From Sarea resinae (lineage: Eukaryota): 64,000 nt of DNA. The DNA is taken from NCBI GenBank assembly GCA_026026165.1, contig JAPEUD010000051.1, forward strand, positions 124,001 to 188,000. Reading direction: 5' to 3'. The position numbers and the translations under genes are program-made. Below the pieces are notes generated by a model. The model searched no databases and was not told the origin of the DNA. It worked only from the letters and a program-made list of their open reading frames with translations. Every line of letters begins with the position of its first letter. The first letter of the stretch is position 1. Shown here piece by piece: positions 50,554-63,699 of this stretch.

Positions 50554-53500
50554 CTAGGCACTGCCGGTGAGGACCGGATTATGCGCACCCAGAAGAGTCT
50601 TACCCGACGAAGGGCCCGTTGGAGCTCCGTCGAGACCAGAGTCAATTGTACCATCAAGACCAGATGTGCCAGCGTGAGCGCCAGTCGTGTCGGCATTAGC
50701 GCCAGTCGCGTTTTTCAGAGAATAGTCCCCTTTCCCTGAGCTTCCAAAGGCCTGATCCACTTGATTGGTGAAACCAGCTGAGCCGTTGGTTGCCCCATAA
50801 CCACCATTCGCAGCACTGGTGCTACCATTGGTGACCCCATGACGAGACTTGCGAGAGATAGGAGAAACCTTCGGAACACCCGTGGACTCTTTAGCGGACC
50901 CGATCGAGAATACGGGTGACTCCCATTTGTTTCCTTTGGCAGCCAATTCTTTGTATTCGGTGGCCTTAGTGGATATCCCACCCGGAAGCTTGATGTCCTT
51001 GAAAATAGAGTCATGTTGAGTTACAGCAACGTTGACTTTCTTGTCCTGGGCCACTTCTTGGCCCTTTTGCTTTCCTTCCATCACCTTCTTTTGAGCGGCT
51101 GATGCGTAACGAGAATAGATGTTCGGAGCATTTTCGGGATCGTTCTGAACCTCTTTTCCAGCACGTTCAGCCTCCTTATGGATCTCATATGCCAGAGCAT
51201 CAAGCTGGTGAACTTGGTCCCGGATCTGCTTTTCGAGAACCTTTTGAATAGCAGGACGAATAACCTTGAAAAGCAAGGGCTTGAAGACAGAAAACAGAAG
51301 CTTGTGCTTAGACTGCTTCAGCTTGATGTTGAGATGCTTGACATCGACGTCCACTTTCTCAATCTTGAAAAAGTGTTGCGTATCGGTTTTGTCGGCAGTC
51401 GCGAGCTTAACCTTGAAGCTGAAACCTTGGCCACCCATGAAAATATCGGCAACGCCCTTGTCCTTGATAGAGGGGAACCCAGTCTTCTTGTTTACGTAGT
51501 AACTCACATCTATATTCCAATTAGCTTTCGCCATAAAGCCTTATCGTAAAGGCATATTTACCTTTCAAGTCCATCTGGATGCCTGAAACAGAAAGCATGA
51601 CCTTGTTGTTATTCTTGTTGCTGATGTGCTTGCGACCCCATCGGAAGTAATTGTCGCTCCCGAGCTCGAAGACGTTCGGTGCCAGATTATCGCTCTCAAT
51701 CACAAGGTTCTCTACGATAGCGTCCATGGTAGGATCGCTGTACTCAATTCGGGGAATTGGCACATATCGAACACTCTCGAAGATCCCAGGGAGGATCACA
51801 CCGGTAAGGTCCTTGATAAGATGCTTCTTGAAAGTCGGCTTACCATTCTCGTCATTACCAAGATCTGTGAAAAGCTTCTGCACAGCCTGACCAAACCGCT
51901 TATTCTGAGGATCAGCGTCAAATTGGTTGCCAAAATACTTGATCTCATCAATGACGTGATCGGTGTGAGCACGATAGCGGTCACGAAGAAGGTAGTTTCC
52001 GCGGTCGTAGAGTTTGTTATACTCTTCTGTAGCAGCATCCTCCAGAATGAAGCCCTGCTCTTTCAGACACTTGCGGATGTACGTGTCGACCTGCTTGAAC
52101 CAATTTTTCAAATCCGGATCTCTGTCGGCATCGCGGTAAATAGTATTCACGGAATCAAAAAGATCGTCCAGAGACGTGCTATTGGCAAAGCGCTCGATCA
52201 GAGTCTTCGAAGAGGTTAGCAGAGTCTTTGTCGGCTGAAAAGCGAACTACATACCCGAAGGTCGGCTTCTGCAATACGAAGACTATCATCGCTATGCGCA
52301 CCATCAACAGAACCCGCGCCTTGACGAGCGATGTTCTTGCTGTGTCCGCCATATGTCTCGGCCAGGTTCAACAAAGTCTCAATCGCATTGTAGTCTGTTC
52401 AGGATACCATAGTCAGTTTCCTATTTTGCTCGCAGGAGGGTATTACACTGACAGTCTGGATGGCCTTGAATCTCGACAATCATCTTCTTCAAGCGCCAGA
52501 TAGTCTGGTCCCGACGCTCTTGCGGCATTTTGTCCGACAGGTACTCTTTGGCCTGACCAGTAGTGTTTCGAGCGCGGTCTTTCGTCTCATCTGGCACGTT
52601 CTCGGAAGCCTGGCCGCGCAACGTCTGAGCACCAGCCTTGGCCCCAGATTTGGCGTCCAGTCCAGAGGATGACCCCTGCTGCTGATCCCTTGCAGCGAGG
52701 TCGGCCGCATCGGCAGGGTCTCTGGAGCCAGTAGGGTGAGCTGATTGGGTCGCATTACCTGCGGCATTCTGCAGGTCTTGTCCTGAGACAGGCTTTTGCT
52801 TGTCCTTTTGACTCTTTATCTGGCTCTTGATATTGCCCGTGGACAAATCAGGAACATCATGCCAAGTATTGTCCTCAGCAGGCTTATCAATCTGGGACAG
52901 CTGCTCCTCAGAAGGGTTGACCTTGTTCGCGACATTCTGGGCAGCGTCACCAGCAATGTCGCGAAGGAGTACGGTCACATCGCTAACTACAAATAGGTCA
53001 GTAGGCATTGTAAACATAAGCAGTTAAAAGACTCACGAAGCTTTCTGAATTGGCCATTGGAGATGATCAATGTTCCAAGAGTCCTGAGACCTTCTAAGGC
53101 CTTGTTGCCATGTTGACGAGCCGTATCTTTATCGATTGGAGCTCCCGGTTTTTGCGCATCACCACCAGTAACTTGACTGGTCTGCCAGACGAAGTCTTGC
53201 AACAGATTGCCGTCATTCTTTGTCAAGACAAGGTACTTTGCTTGTTCGATCACGTTACGAAGATCGGCAACTAGATCGCGACCCTCTTCAGAGAGCTTCT
53301 TGGAAGGGCTTGTCAAGGCTTTTGACGCAAGGGCGGTGTTAAGAGCAACATCGATTTGTTGATTCTGTGCAGACGGTGTTAGAAGAATGAAGGCGGCAAG
53401 AACGCGCGAGAAAACTTACGGATGGAACCTTTCCATTGGCAAAGGCTGCGATGAGAAAGTCAACATCAGTATCAAGCTCGTTATAAAGTCTAGGCGCGAG

Positions 53501-53649
53501 AGCCAGCTCCTGATTGATGGAACTCGCGTCTTGCTTAACGGGGTCAAAGAGGCCTTACCGGTGTAAATCCCATAGAATTGGAGCTTCTGATTCACATCTT
53601 GTTCCTTTTGCTTCACGTTGGTCGGTCTGTTGACCCCGGTAGAAGTCAT
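50554..53649 (-). CDS. Fungal BPI/TULIP-like protein (DUF4449/DUF5923-type), multi-intron
   Basis: QKLQFYGIY|…GKVPSN.QID, KNDGNLLQDF, QFRKLL, RLKKMIVEIQGH, YVPIPRIEYSD, VENLVIESDNLAPN. Family assignment is from memory of similar fungal proteins. Confidence 0.75.
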
Positions 53650-55854
53650 GGTGACAGATGTGACGTCGCGTTAGCGATCACACGTATCCAGAAGCAACAG
53701 CGAGCTGGATTTATCGATAGAAAGATATCAAGATGGATGGGAGCGATGGTGGAGATGGAAAACAACACGATAGAAAGATGAGTGACGGTTTGGGGGTGCG
53801 TATTTTGGAGAGGGTGATGGTGAATGTGATGGTGATGGTGATGGTGGATGGGAAAGGAAGAGAAGGCAGGAGATGATGGGAAGGGCAGCCACTTAGTTAA
53901 GCAAGGAATTGGCGCTATGGATTGGGTGCAGGCCAGTTTGCAGCAGCAGAGGCTACCTGTTGTGTACGGGGACAACAGGGACAAAAACAAGTCGTTTCTC
54001 GTCGCGCACGCACAGAAGCCACATCTCGAAAGAAGGAGCGTTCCTCGTTCCTCGTTTCTCGTTCCTCGTCTGCTCAGGGCAATTGGTACCTACCCTTACC
54101 TACCTTACCTTGCCTGTCTACCTCCTACCTCCCTGACCTTGAAACTACCCACTGCCCTGTGTACTGTGATCTACGAGAATTACGTATGGCTTGGTTGGCC
54201 ATTAGCTTGCGAATCGATGTATATTGCAGTCCTTCTCATCCTAAAGGAGGACCCATCCATCTACTAAAGCCATCCTACCTCACTAGCCCTGCTTGACGCT
54301 TGACGTGGGAGGAATTTGATGCATACCTTACCGTGCCCAGCACCTTCCCAGGATCATCATTCTGTTGCTTGGGCGCTACCTAGGTAGGTCGATAGCAAGA
54401 CGGGCCTAATTGCCCAGTTTGCGAAACTTGGTGCTCGCATCGAACAATGAATGACGTTGACGAAGGTGACGTTCAGACGTCGTTTCTCGTTTCCCAACAG
54501 CGCCGGCCCAGAACGCAAGAATCAGCGCGGGCTGGGGAAGTCGACTAGGGACACGTATTCGGTTAAGCGTCGTGGTGATGATCCTCGATCAGCGTCGATG
54601 ATTGGCGATCGGCAAGATGCCGATTCGAATCAAGAGCCATATTAGGGGCAATTTCTGGTCGAAGTGGCAGGGGCCAGTTCAGGCAATCCACAAACCCCAT
54701 ATACATGTCCCATACTGACTTCCACACATAGTAGGGTACCTAGATCGTAGTATACCTCGTAGTGCGGCTTCGATCCCTGATCTCTTTCGTCGCGTAAAAT
54801 CTTGGTTTGAGCCAACCCCCTCAAGTAGCCAAAGTCGTTCAAGCGGCCGGCATAGTGGGATGATCGAGGCCATTTCTTCTCCACGACGGTACGGAACGAG
54901 ATGGCGAGACGTCAAGTACATATTAAGTACAGGCTTCGTCAAAGCACCTTATTTAAGTGATCTGCACAAGTGCCGTAGCAGTGACGATAGTATCGTATTT
55001 AAAGGCTCGGACCTTTGACCCGCCTCAAATCAAATCAGTGTGAGTACCTACCTACCTACATGGCCTGGGCTACCTTGGGCACCTGAGGTTGGAGGCCGAT
55101 AGACAACTTCATACTTTTAGTATCGCAGCGCAGTCCCTATCACAAGCCAGCCATGTAGGTAGGTAAGGTACCTTAGGTAGTAGGCCTAGAGGCTGCTGGC
55201 TGCGTCGGATACTTCCAGGAAACTCTCTGTCATTGATTGGTTCTGTCTGTGGCGGTGGCTCATTTTCTTATTGAATTCTGCATCTGCACTTTCAGAGCAA
55301 CAGTAGTACAAAAAGTACTTCCCCAGCATTGTCAAAGACGCCACGTCTCAGTCCATGAAACTTGGGCAAGCAAATTGCGTTAGTGATTGTGTCAAAATTC
55401 TGTCGCACGTGTCGGTGAATTAGGTACGCCCGTACCTTAGTCACTGTAACCTTCACTCTAGACCCGGGACAGCCTCAGGGCAATCACCTCAATCATTTCA
55501 AGGGAACTTCAACCGCCACCACTGAGGATTTGCCTGTTGGGATGGTCATAGCCCGAGGGTAATTCCAACTTCCATTCCAAGGATTCTGACACCTTGAACG
55601 GGATGATTAGGTACCTAAGTCTGTCAGTTCCTTCCAATCAAGGTAACTACGACGTATGAGGTTAGTATCATACCTAATTCGCCTACCTTGACTGTATCTC
55701 GGCCCCGGGGCCGTCATCAGCTTGCCGAACTGGGAGCTAAAGGTCGACTTTGAGCTCGTCCTGAGCTCACTTGAGCCTCATCAATATATCGTCGCATTTT
55801 ACTTGTGAAAGCCCGATCTAGGAGGTAGGCCACGGCCGGGATTGATACTTGAAA

Positions 55855-58271
55855 ATGCCCCTCACTCAGCCCAGACGAAGTGGTCGCAGCAGACAAGCAC
55901 GTTTATCTTTCGCACCTGTCGTTTCCTCTCCAATATCTCAGCCTTCAGACCAATCGAAAGAGCCCGATACATCTCGGAACGAGGCTCTATGGTCTCCTTC
56001 TCGCAAATCAAAAAAAGTGCAAAGTAAATTGGAATTCCTTACGGGTGGGTCGACTGCGAATAAAGTCCCGCGGACAGCATCGGATGGTGGTTCGAATTTC
56101 GCTGAGACCCAAAACACACCTGCCTTAAAGACGGCCAGGCATGAAACGGACCGTCGTGGCCCTTTCCCAACACCTTTACAGTCCTCACAGCAAATTGATC
56201 CTGGCAATTGGACCAGTAGGTTCCTCTCTCCCGTAGATTCCTCCAGAATTTCTCAGCTTACTCGTTGGGTAGGATCTTCCCCTCCGAGCTATAGAGTCTC
56301 GAGCGACAGCGATAGCGACAGTGATGTTCAAATGATACATACCTCAAGGCGCTCCTCATCACCACCAAGTCGAATCTCCCGCATCATTAGGCAAAATCGG
56401 TCTAGTAAGAACCGCACGATTGCTAAGAAAAATTCTTACGGTCTAGAGCACATTTCTTCAAGCAGTCCATCCTCAGATAAAACCAACAAATCTAGTGATA
56501 GCCCTCCAGTTCGATCCAAAAAGTCTAAGGTAGCTGCTGCAGATGACAGGGCCACTTCTTATCACAGTCCAGGCATTGCCAACGGTTTCAAATCGATCGG
56601 CGACACCGCATCTGGCAGTCCAGACGTCGTTCCGAATATGGTCAATGATCCGTTCGGCTCCTCCCATGACTCCAGCACCAGCTCCAGTCCTCCCTTAATC
56701 ACTCGATCTCGTAGGGTTTTGAAACGCAGGGCGGACATTCTAGACGATGACAGCGATGACATAATAACGTCTCCGGCTGAGCGGGGCCGACGGCGTGCTA
56801 CGATGCAAAATGAGCACGACCGAAATGGAGATTACAATGCCTCACCGCGCAAAAGACGATTGTTTTCTAGCGCGGTAAATATCAAGCAGCACGGTCAGCC
56901 GCGCGAAACGCTCAGGCGATTTGCTAGCAGTCAAGATCTAGAAGACTTGGAGGAAGACCTAGACGCGCTTCCTAAATCGGGTAAGAAATTAGCTGAACTC
57001 TACACTATATTCATTACCTAGGTAGACACAGGACTCACGATATGGACTGCATAGGCATTTTAGACTCTCGTACTCGTGGAAAGAATGCCCCTTTATCTAA
57101 CAAAAAAAGCAAAATGCAAAAGCAACTTGAGAGGCTCAAACTTCGCCGTGCAGGTCAACTAAGCAGATCATCATCCTCATCCGAGAGAGATGCGGAAACC
57201 GGGGCTAGTCGTGGGATATATGATACTGAATCGGATGATGAGCTTCGACTGACGGGTTCACTCTCCGATGATGACCAAAAGGGAAACGAAATAACCGAAA
57301 CTACAGTCCGGCCAGCATCGCTCGACGTCAATGGCGACTGGGATGATGATTTCGTGGTTGACGATGAAGACATCCTTGGAGTTCCACCAGACCAAACTGC
57401 CGCTGTCTTGAGCATACCTATTGAATTTACTAGGCATGCAAATAAACGGCCAAAGGAGTACTTCAGAGATGCTGTTGAATGGATGGTTCATAACAAGCTC
57501 GATCCCGCTTTTGATAGACACGATGATCTATACAAGATGGCATTCAGAAGACTGGAGGACCAAGTTAAAGGATATGCTTCGTCTAAATTCATGTCCACTA
57601 AATGGAGCAGCGCCTTTACACGTGCCATCAAGTCTAGACCAATATTCTCTGCCGTGGAGAATATCCAACTCGATCACAACTGTGATGCATGCAATCTGAG
57701 TGGCCATCCGGCAAGCTGGCAGGTTCAGCTCGATGGGAAACCATATCATTGTGATTCACTCGATGAAGTTACTGATTCCGAAGGTTCGGCTAGCGAAGAT
57801 GATGAAAGGAAAAGCTTCAACAGTCAAGGTCTTAGTCTGCCTGATACTGATGTGGAATGGTTCCTAGGAAGGTATGATCCTCAGACCACAGAATTCTGAG
57901 AATTGAATGTATGCAGACTAAACATGCTTAGTTCCTGCAAGCACAATGCCGAGATGGCTCATGCGCTCACACACTGGCGATATCACCTGAATGATTGGGT
58001 CGTAGATTATTTGAAGGAAAGAGGCTATACGACTAGGGACGGCATTCTTGAGCGGGAAAATTGGAGCCGCCGGAAGAGATCGCAGTATGCCGACGATGTG
58101 GTAGACGCGATGGAGCAGGACGGGGAGATTCGCGCACTATTCAGAGACTTCGAAATCAACCTCGACGCCGCTCGCGATTCTAAGGTTTGTACAACACTAT
58201 GCTCCAACGAATCTCCTTGATGACTGCCACTTACGTGAATTATATAGCCGTCCCGTTTTAGGAGAAGGTGA
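55855..58271 (+). CDS. DUF4211-like nuclear protein, Ser/Arg/Asp-rich N-terminus, about 3 introns
   Basis: Joined ORFs 55849-57021, 57042-57899 and 57903-58220. C-terminal conserved-looking block FRDAVEWMVHNKLDP…S.KW…F…CDACN.SGHPA…GKPY…C…HALTHWRYHL. Confidence 0.75.
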
Positions 58272-59097
58272 GCTGCAGCTCTGCTAACAACACTGTGTTG
58301 TGAGGTCATCATCAAGGAGTCCAACTCAGTAAAATGCTCATGAGCAAAGGCGTCGATCGCACTCGAACAGGACGAAAATCGTAGGAATCATTGAGAGGCT
58401 CTTTCAGGCTTGGATGGATGAAGTGCTAGGGGCAATCATCGTCCCAGCACTTTTGCCCAGTCATCGAAAGGCCATCGTCGGATATTAAGATCCGAGAGGA
58501 GCACCGATTGGATATGAAATGGTATTCATGAGGGCAAATTATACTGTCAGTTGAGGGGTGCTACTTGGCCTGTCACATAATTGTTTCTCCATTCTACTCT
58601 ACCGTGACCGCCTTAAAGCCTTCCCTCGATCATCGTCTTCACCAAGTAGGTATATTTAGATCACTTTAGATAAAAAGAAAAGAGTGAAAGCATCGAGGAC
58701 ATGATTCTGGTCGATAAAAGGGAATGCTAACCCAATCGGAGTTTAGCCAGATCCGCTCTAGTTCGCTCGGCCTCTCGGTTGTGAGCTATTCCGGGCGGAT
58801 AGCTTCCATTGGAGTCATCACGATAAGGTCACTCACATCACTAGCAGCACTGTGGCACTAAAACCACGAGCTTACGTATCACCACCGCCCGCCGCTGGAC
58901 TGTTCCACCTGCCTCCAGACGTGCACCTCGAATGTAATAACAATGGCTACTATTCCACTTTCCCCCAGGGACCGTATGTGCCCAAGGGACAAGGATCGCA
59001 ATATCTTCTAGCCCTTTCATTATTGCTCATGTCTCGTCGATTCTTAATGGCTACGAAGAGGTCTTGAGAGAAGCCTATTTATCTATCCGGGCACACA

Positions 59098-60609
59098 ATG
59101 AACGTTGTCTGCATTTCGGCCTCTCGGCCAGGGCCGATCAGAGCGGTGCTGTTTTCGCTAGGAACTGTATTGATCTTCTTGGTCACCTATGTTTACTGGC
59201 AGCCTCCTAATATTGCTCTACCCTCCGAGGGCAATATCGACGACAAAAGCCTCGTAGAGCGACAGATTCAATTCTGGAAGGCTCTTCATCCACTTCTAGA
59301 GTTGCACTCACCTGCCTGCGCAACACCTCGGCGTCAAGGCAGCTCTGGGGCAATAGGATTCAATGCGATTGACGGCTCAGCCAGACCAGACGTCATTTCC
59401 ATGCCAGTCGAAGATATGCGGAAAATGCAGCAAGCTCACACCACGTTTCTCGAAGACATCAGGAACTCTAGCGCCCTAAAGTCTGTCCACAACCCTAACA
59501 CAAGAGGTCTCGTATCTACAGCAGGAGGGTCATATCTCCCTGTCTTTGTCATATCACTGCGAATGCTACGCCGCACGGGGTCAACTCTTCCCGTCGAGGT
59601 GTTCCTAAAGGGCCCGGATGAATATGAGCGCAGCATATGCGAAGGTGTCCTGCCTTCTATGGATGCTCGATGCATTGTTTTGTCCGACATCCTTGGCGTT
59701 GTCGATTCCGAGGTTGAGATTGCACACTATCAGTTAAAGATATTTGCTATACTGTTTTCTTCATTTGAGGACGTCATCTGGCTCGATGCTGATTGTTTTC
59801 CGCTGTACAAGCCGGAGCTGCTGTTTAATTCCGATCCCTTCAAATCAAGAGGGATGATAACTTGGCCGGACTACTGGGCGTCGACTGCATCCCCTCTATA
59901 CTATAATATTTCATCCCAGTCCGTTCCGCCTATGACTCTCCGTGCGTCATCCGAAACGGGGGAGATCATGATCTCAAAGAAGAACCATCAATTGACTATG
60001 CTGCTCTCGGCCTATTATAATTACTATGGACCCTCTCATTACTTCATGCTCCTCTCACAAGGTGCTCCCGGTGAAGGTGATAAGGAAACATTCATCCAAG
60101 CAGCCTCTGCGGTAGATGAGCCATTCTACACAACAAGTGAAAGAGTCGCTCCTATAGGCCATCCAAAACCGGAGGGTGGTCTATCCGGCTCTGCCATGGT
60201 CCAGTCCGACCCTATCGAGGATTACCTACTCACTAGTCACGATATGTGGCGTGTCAGAAACGAATCGGTAGCAAAGGCCCCACGTGCATTCTTCATCCAT
60301 GCGCATTATCCAAAATTCAATCCAGCCACTGTTTTCGGTTACAGCTGGGAGACAACCCCAACTGTTAAGCCTGACGGAGGTGACGGAAGAGCATGGATAG
60401 TTCCTGAAGGGACTATCAAGCGGTTTGGGTACGACGTTGAGGACTATTACTGGAAAGAAATTGAATGGGTCAGCTGTCACCTTGAAGACAAATTTCGCTC
60501 TTGGGAAGGTCGAGAGGGCATATGCCTTAGAGTACAGAGCTACCGAGACAATGTATTCAATTATCCGGAAAGCAATGATCTGCTTGGTATAGATTTTGAA
60601 GAGGGGTAA
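59098..60609 (+). CDS. GT71 (MNN2/MNN5-type) alpha-1,2-mannosyltransferase, intronless
   Basis: N-terminal anchor, RGLVSTAGG, LRRTGSTLPVEVF, YQLKIFAILFSSFE, WLDAD (DxD), WPDYW, SETG, QGAPGEGDKETF. Confidence 0.92.
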   Translation: MNVVCISASRPGPIRAVLFSLGTVLIFLVTYVYWQPPNIALPSEGNIDDKSLVERQIQFWKALHPLLELHSPACATPRRQGSSGAIGFNAIDGSARPDVISMPVEDMRKMQQAHTTFLEDIRNSSALKSVHNPNTRGLVSTAGGSYLPVFVISLRMLRRTGSTLPVEVFLKGPDEYERSICEGVLPSMDARCIVLSDILGVVDSEVEIAHYQLKIFAILFSSFEDVIWLDADCFPLYKPELLFNSDPFKSRGMITWPDYWASTASPLYYNISSQSVPPMTLRASSETGEIMISKKNHQLTMLLSAYYNYYGPSHYFMLLSQGAPGEGDKETFIQAASAVDEPFYTTSERVAPIGHPKPEGGLSGSAMVQSDPIEDYLLTSHDMWRVRNESVAKAPRAFFIHAHYPKFNPATVFGYSWETTPTVKPDGGDGRAWIVPEGTIKRFGYDVEDYYWKEIEWVSCHLEDKFRSWEGREGICLRVQSYRDNVFNYPESNDLLGIDFEEG

Positions 60610-60879
60610 GAGGGGTCTTGACCGACGTTCGCGGCGCTTTAGGCGTGTGGAAAATTGTATGTAAATCGTGGAGTTGGGGAGTAAAGCGGTCGCAAGGCCA
60701 GTCATTTTTGAGCGTTTCGTTTATACCGGCCTTGTGCAATGTATGACCAAGTCTTCCAGGATCCGATCAACAATTGCAGGGTCGTCTTCGACGCCAGCTT
60801 TCCGCGACATAGTCCTCAAGCAGGAGATTCTACCTAAGCTATAAGCACGGACAGGTGTCTCTATGTCTGCGTCAAAAGA

Positions 60880-61335
60880 CTAGCTCGTTGTATTTCTTGT
60901 ATATCTAATAAGTGCTAACTATCATTGTATATCTGATGCTTAAATTAGCAGTTTTACTCACAACCTTGACAATTTTTATCCTATATCAAAGTCTAAGATC
61001 AACGTTATCTCAAATTAATTCATCTACAGAACATATTCTAAAACTATAATAGATTTACTCAATCAAGCCTTTGCCTGCTTTAAGATAGGATGTTTAGGTA
61101 TCTGCAGCATCTTATAGCTAAAAGTCGACTTGCAAAGGCCCGAGGCCTCTACAGTTCTGTGCACCTACTCTCTATCACTTATACCTCATACATTAAAAGT
61201 ATTGGTTTCTAACTACACCTCAAAGCTGCAACCATCTGCAGTCATAATCTATTGGTAGTGAAATAATCTTCTGCAATTTTATACAACTACTAAAACACTA
61301 GCATTGCGGCCCAACTATAGTTTCTCTATTGTTTT
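60880..61335. other. AT/TpA-rich degenerate stretch (RIP-like relic)
   Basis: Marked drop in GC, many TA dinucleotides, no ORF of 60 aa or more. Confidence 0.5.
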
Positions 61336-61337
61336 CC

Positions 61338-61455
61338 TGTGAGAGGCGCTGCGCTATATAGTAGGCAAATAGGCATAAGCCAGACGAGCCGGGTTTTAGT
61401 AGTCTTTTTGGATGGCAGATGTAGGAACAGATTTGCCTATTTACTGTACATTACA
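61338..61455. mobile_element. 118-bp solo-LTR-like element, copy B (inverted relative to copy A)
   Basis: TGTGAGA…ATTACA termini, flanks TTTCC / TTTCT (5-bp TSD with one C>T). Aligns without gaps to the reverse complement of 28694-28811 with about 16 mismatches by my count. Confidence 0.8.
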
Positions 61456-61559
61456 TTTCTCGTGATAGACTTGATTACTTCAGGACCATTGGCACTATTA
61501 AGCGACAGCATACTACCCCGCTCTTATCGTAACAATGGCCAAGAGTTGTAAAAATCGTA

Positions 61560-63330
61560 TTAGAAGACCGTAAGGATGATGCTCCTAAGAATCATCATGC
61601 CATCTCTTTGCGTGCCAATCTTCTCATCGCAAAAGAAGTAGCATAGTGTCGTACGCAAGCCTGGAGAAGATCTAGCGGCGTTGAGATGTTCTGAAAGGAA
61701 GGCTGAGAGAATCGTTTTCCCGCTCCCAGGATATCCACTCACCCATAGGAGGCACGTCTCTTCCTGCAAGCACCAATCACGATACTGCGAATTAGACAAA
61801 ATCCACTGACAAGTACCATCGACGCGGCTGGGAAGCGAAGACATGTACTCTGCGGCGTTTGGCGTGTTCTGAGTTAGGAGAGCGACGCATGTTCTCTCCA
61901 CATCGTTCATGGCTCATATCTTCGTTCAGCTGCTTTGCACACGGCTTGGATACTAAGAGCTAAGGTACATACAGTAAGCTGCAGAAGCAGTCGTCATTTG
62001 ACTTGGGGAGCTAGTTGTCGAGCTGGCCAGTCGTCTTCCCAATTTAAGTGCCTCATGATGATTTCCCTTTCGTACCTTGGCTATAAGGAGTTGAATCTCC
62101 CCCAAGATTTGCTTGTATCCTTCATCATCTCTGCTTGAAAATCGGCACATCGACATGTGATTGGCGTTGATGGTTTGGGTTGCCTCAGTGCTAGAGATCG
62201 AAGACGAGAAAGGCTCCACGACCTGAAAAGCCACAGTTGATTTTCAGCGACAATCGAGGCAGTACGTTGTAAGAACTGACCCTTTCATTCAGTCTGAGAT
62301 AACTTATCCCGGCTACACCCTTGGCTTCTTGGAACGTCAGAACCTGAAAATGACGATCCTTATGATCATAAAGTTTCATGAAACCCTCATGTATAAACTC
62401 GAGTTCAGTACTGTTGACCTTGAGCGTCCGGATATTTCGATCTGTAGTATCGAATCCTGATACCGAAACAATTTTTCTAATTCTTTCAGCAATTTCAGAT
62501 TTATTACTCCCTCGATGGGGAGTTCCAAGAAAGAGTATCGCCTCAGTGGACTTATAGATGTCTGTTAATTCGGGTCCGGATTCGGTGGCAGCGCGGCGAA
62601 GGACCTGTATAGCTATACATCAATCATACACACATGAGTTGGCAAGTTCTGCCTCGTCTTGAAGCGCTTACATCCTTGACGATGATACCTTATAACATGT
62701 CAGTCTATACAGCTATCCTGCATGGCCTGTGAGAGGACTTACCACCAAAGGAGTGTGCTACAAATATGAGGCTCCTTCCTTGCTGTGAGATACTTTAGCA
62801 AGAAATCATAGATAGGGTTCGATAGACCCACGCAGTTCAATCTGAAGGTCTTTAGCGCATGCATTAGATTTCTAGCATGCGCAGTTATATTGTCTTGATT
62901 TGTGGGCCCACTGAAAAAGTGGGAGACCATTGAATCATAGCCCCATGTGAGAATCCGTGCTTCCATGCAATCCTCAGAAAGCAGATCAAGTGGCCAGAAG
63001 ACCTCATGCGCTTCAACCTCGTCTGGATTTTTGGGGCTTGTCCTTTGCTTACGCAAGAAAAGGTTCTTGATTCCTCGATGTGAGCTCCTACTTACAACCC
63101 TCGAACCTTCTGTTTACAATTTGAGATTTTCTTTGAAAGTCCAAGTTTTTCGAGGATGGCCTTGCAAGCCGTGAACGAAAACAATACTGCAAGCGTGATC
63201 AGAGTGTTGTTGTGGCTTTCGTGGAAGGTGGGTTTACTCTGTAATGGCGTCTTCTGGATCGTGGAGGACAGAAAACCCTATATCATTGATTCTAGGCTTC
63301 TGCTTCGATAACAGAGAATCCTGCCGCGGT
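61560..63330 (-). pseudogene. SesB-like alpha/beta-hydrolase + NACHT NTPase (fungal NLR-like) pseudogene; start uncertain
   Basis: DIVFVHGLQGHPRKTW, FWPLDLL…ARILTWGYDS, FVAHSFGG, FLGTPHRGS, NHMSMCRF, then GTCQWIL…LLWVSGYPGSGKT (Walker A). In-frame TAA at 63114-63116, and the ORF ends shortly after the P-loop. Confidence 0.85.
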
Positions 63331-63699
63331 CTCTGTATTAGCCCTTTGCTTCGTACGCTCAGGGGGCATCATCACAAACCATATTGCTGCAACCTCACCT
63401 CAAGGCATTGTCGTCAGATACTATCGAAGAATGTAGATGATTATCAAGACGATTCGTATCGTACTCGTACCGCCCAGTGCGATTTCACCGGCCCCGAGCA
63501 ATCCTGGCAAGTGGCCCTCCAATAAGCAGCGATCTGCACTGATCATCATCATAGAATCACACTGATCCGCACCATAACCAGCGATTCCGTGGAGCCCTGC
63601 TTGCCTGCCTTCCTACGAAGCCCTATACCACGAACCATCAAGGGATGCACGGAGGCCTGCCTGCCTGCGTGCCTGTCTGCTTGCTATATTTAGCATGCC

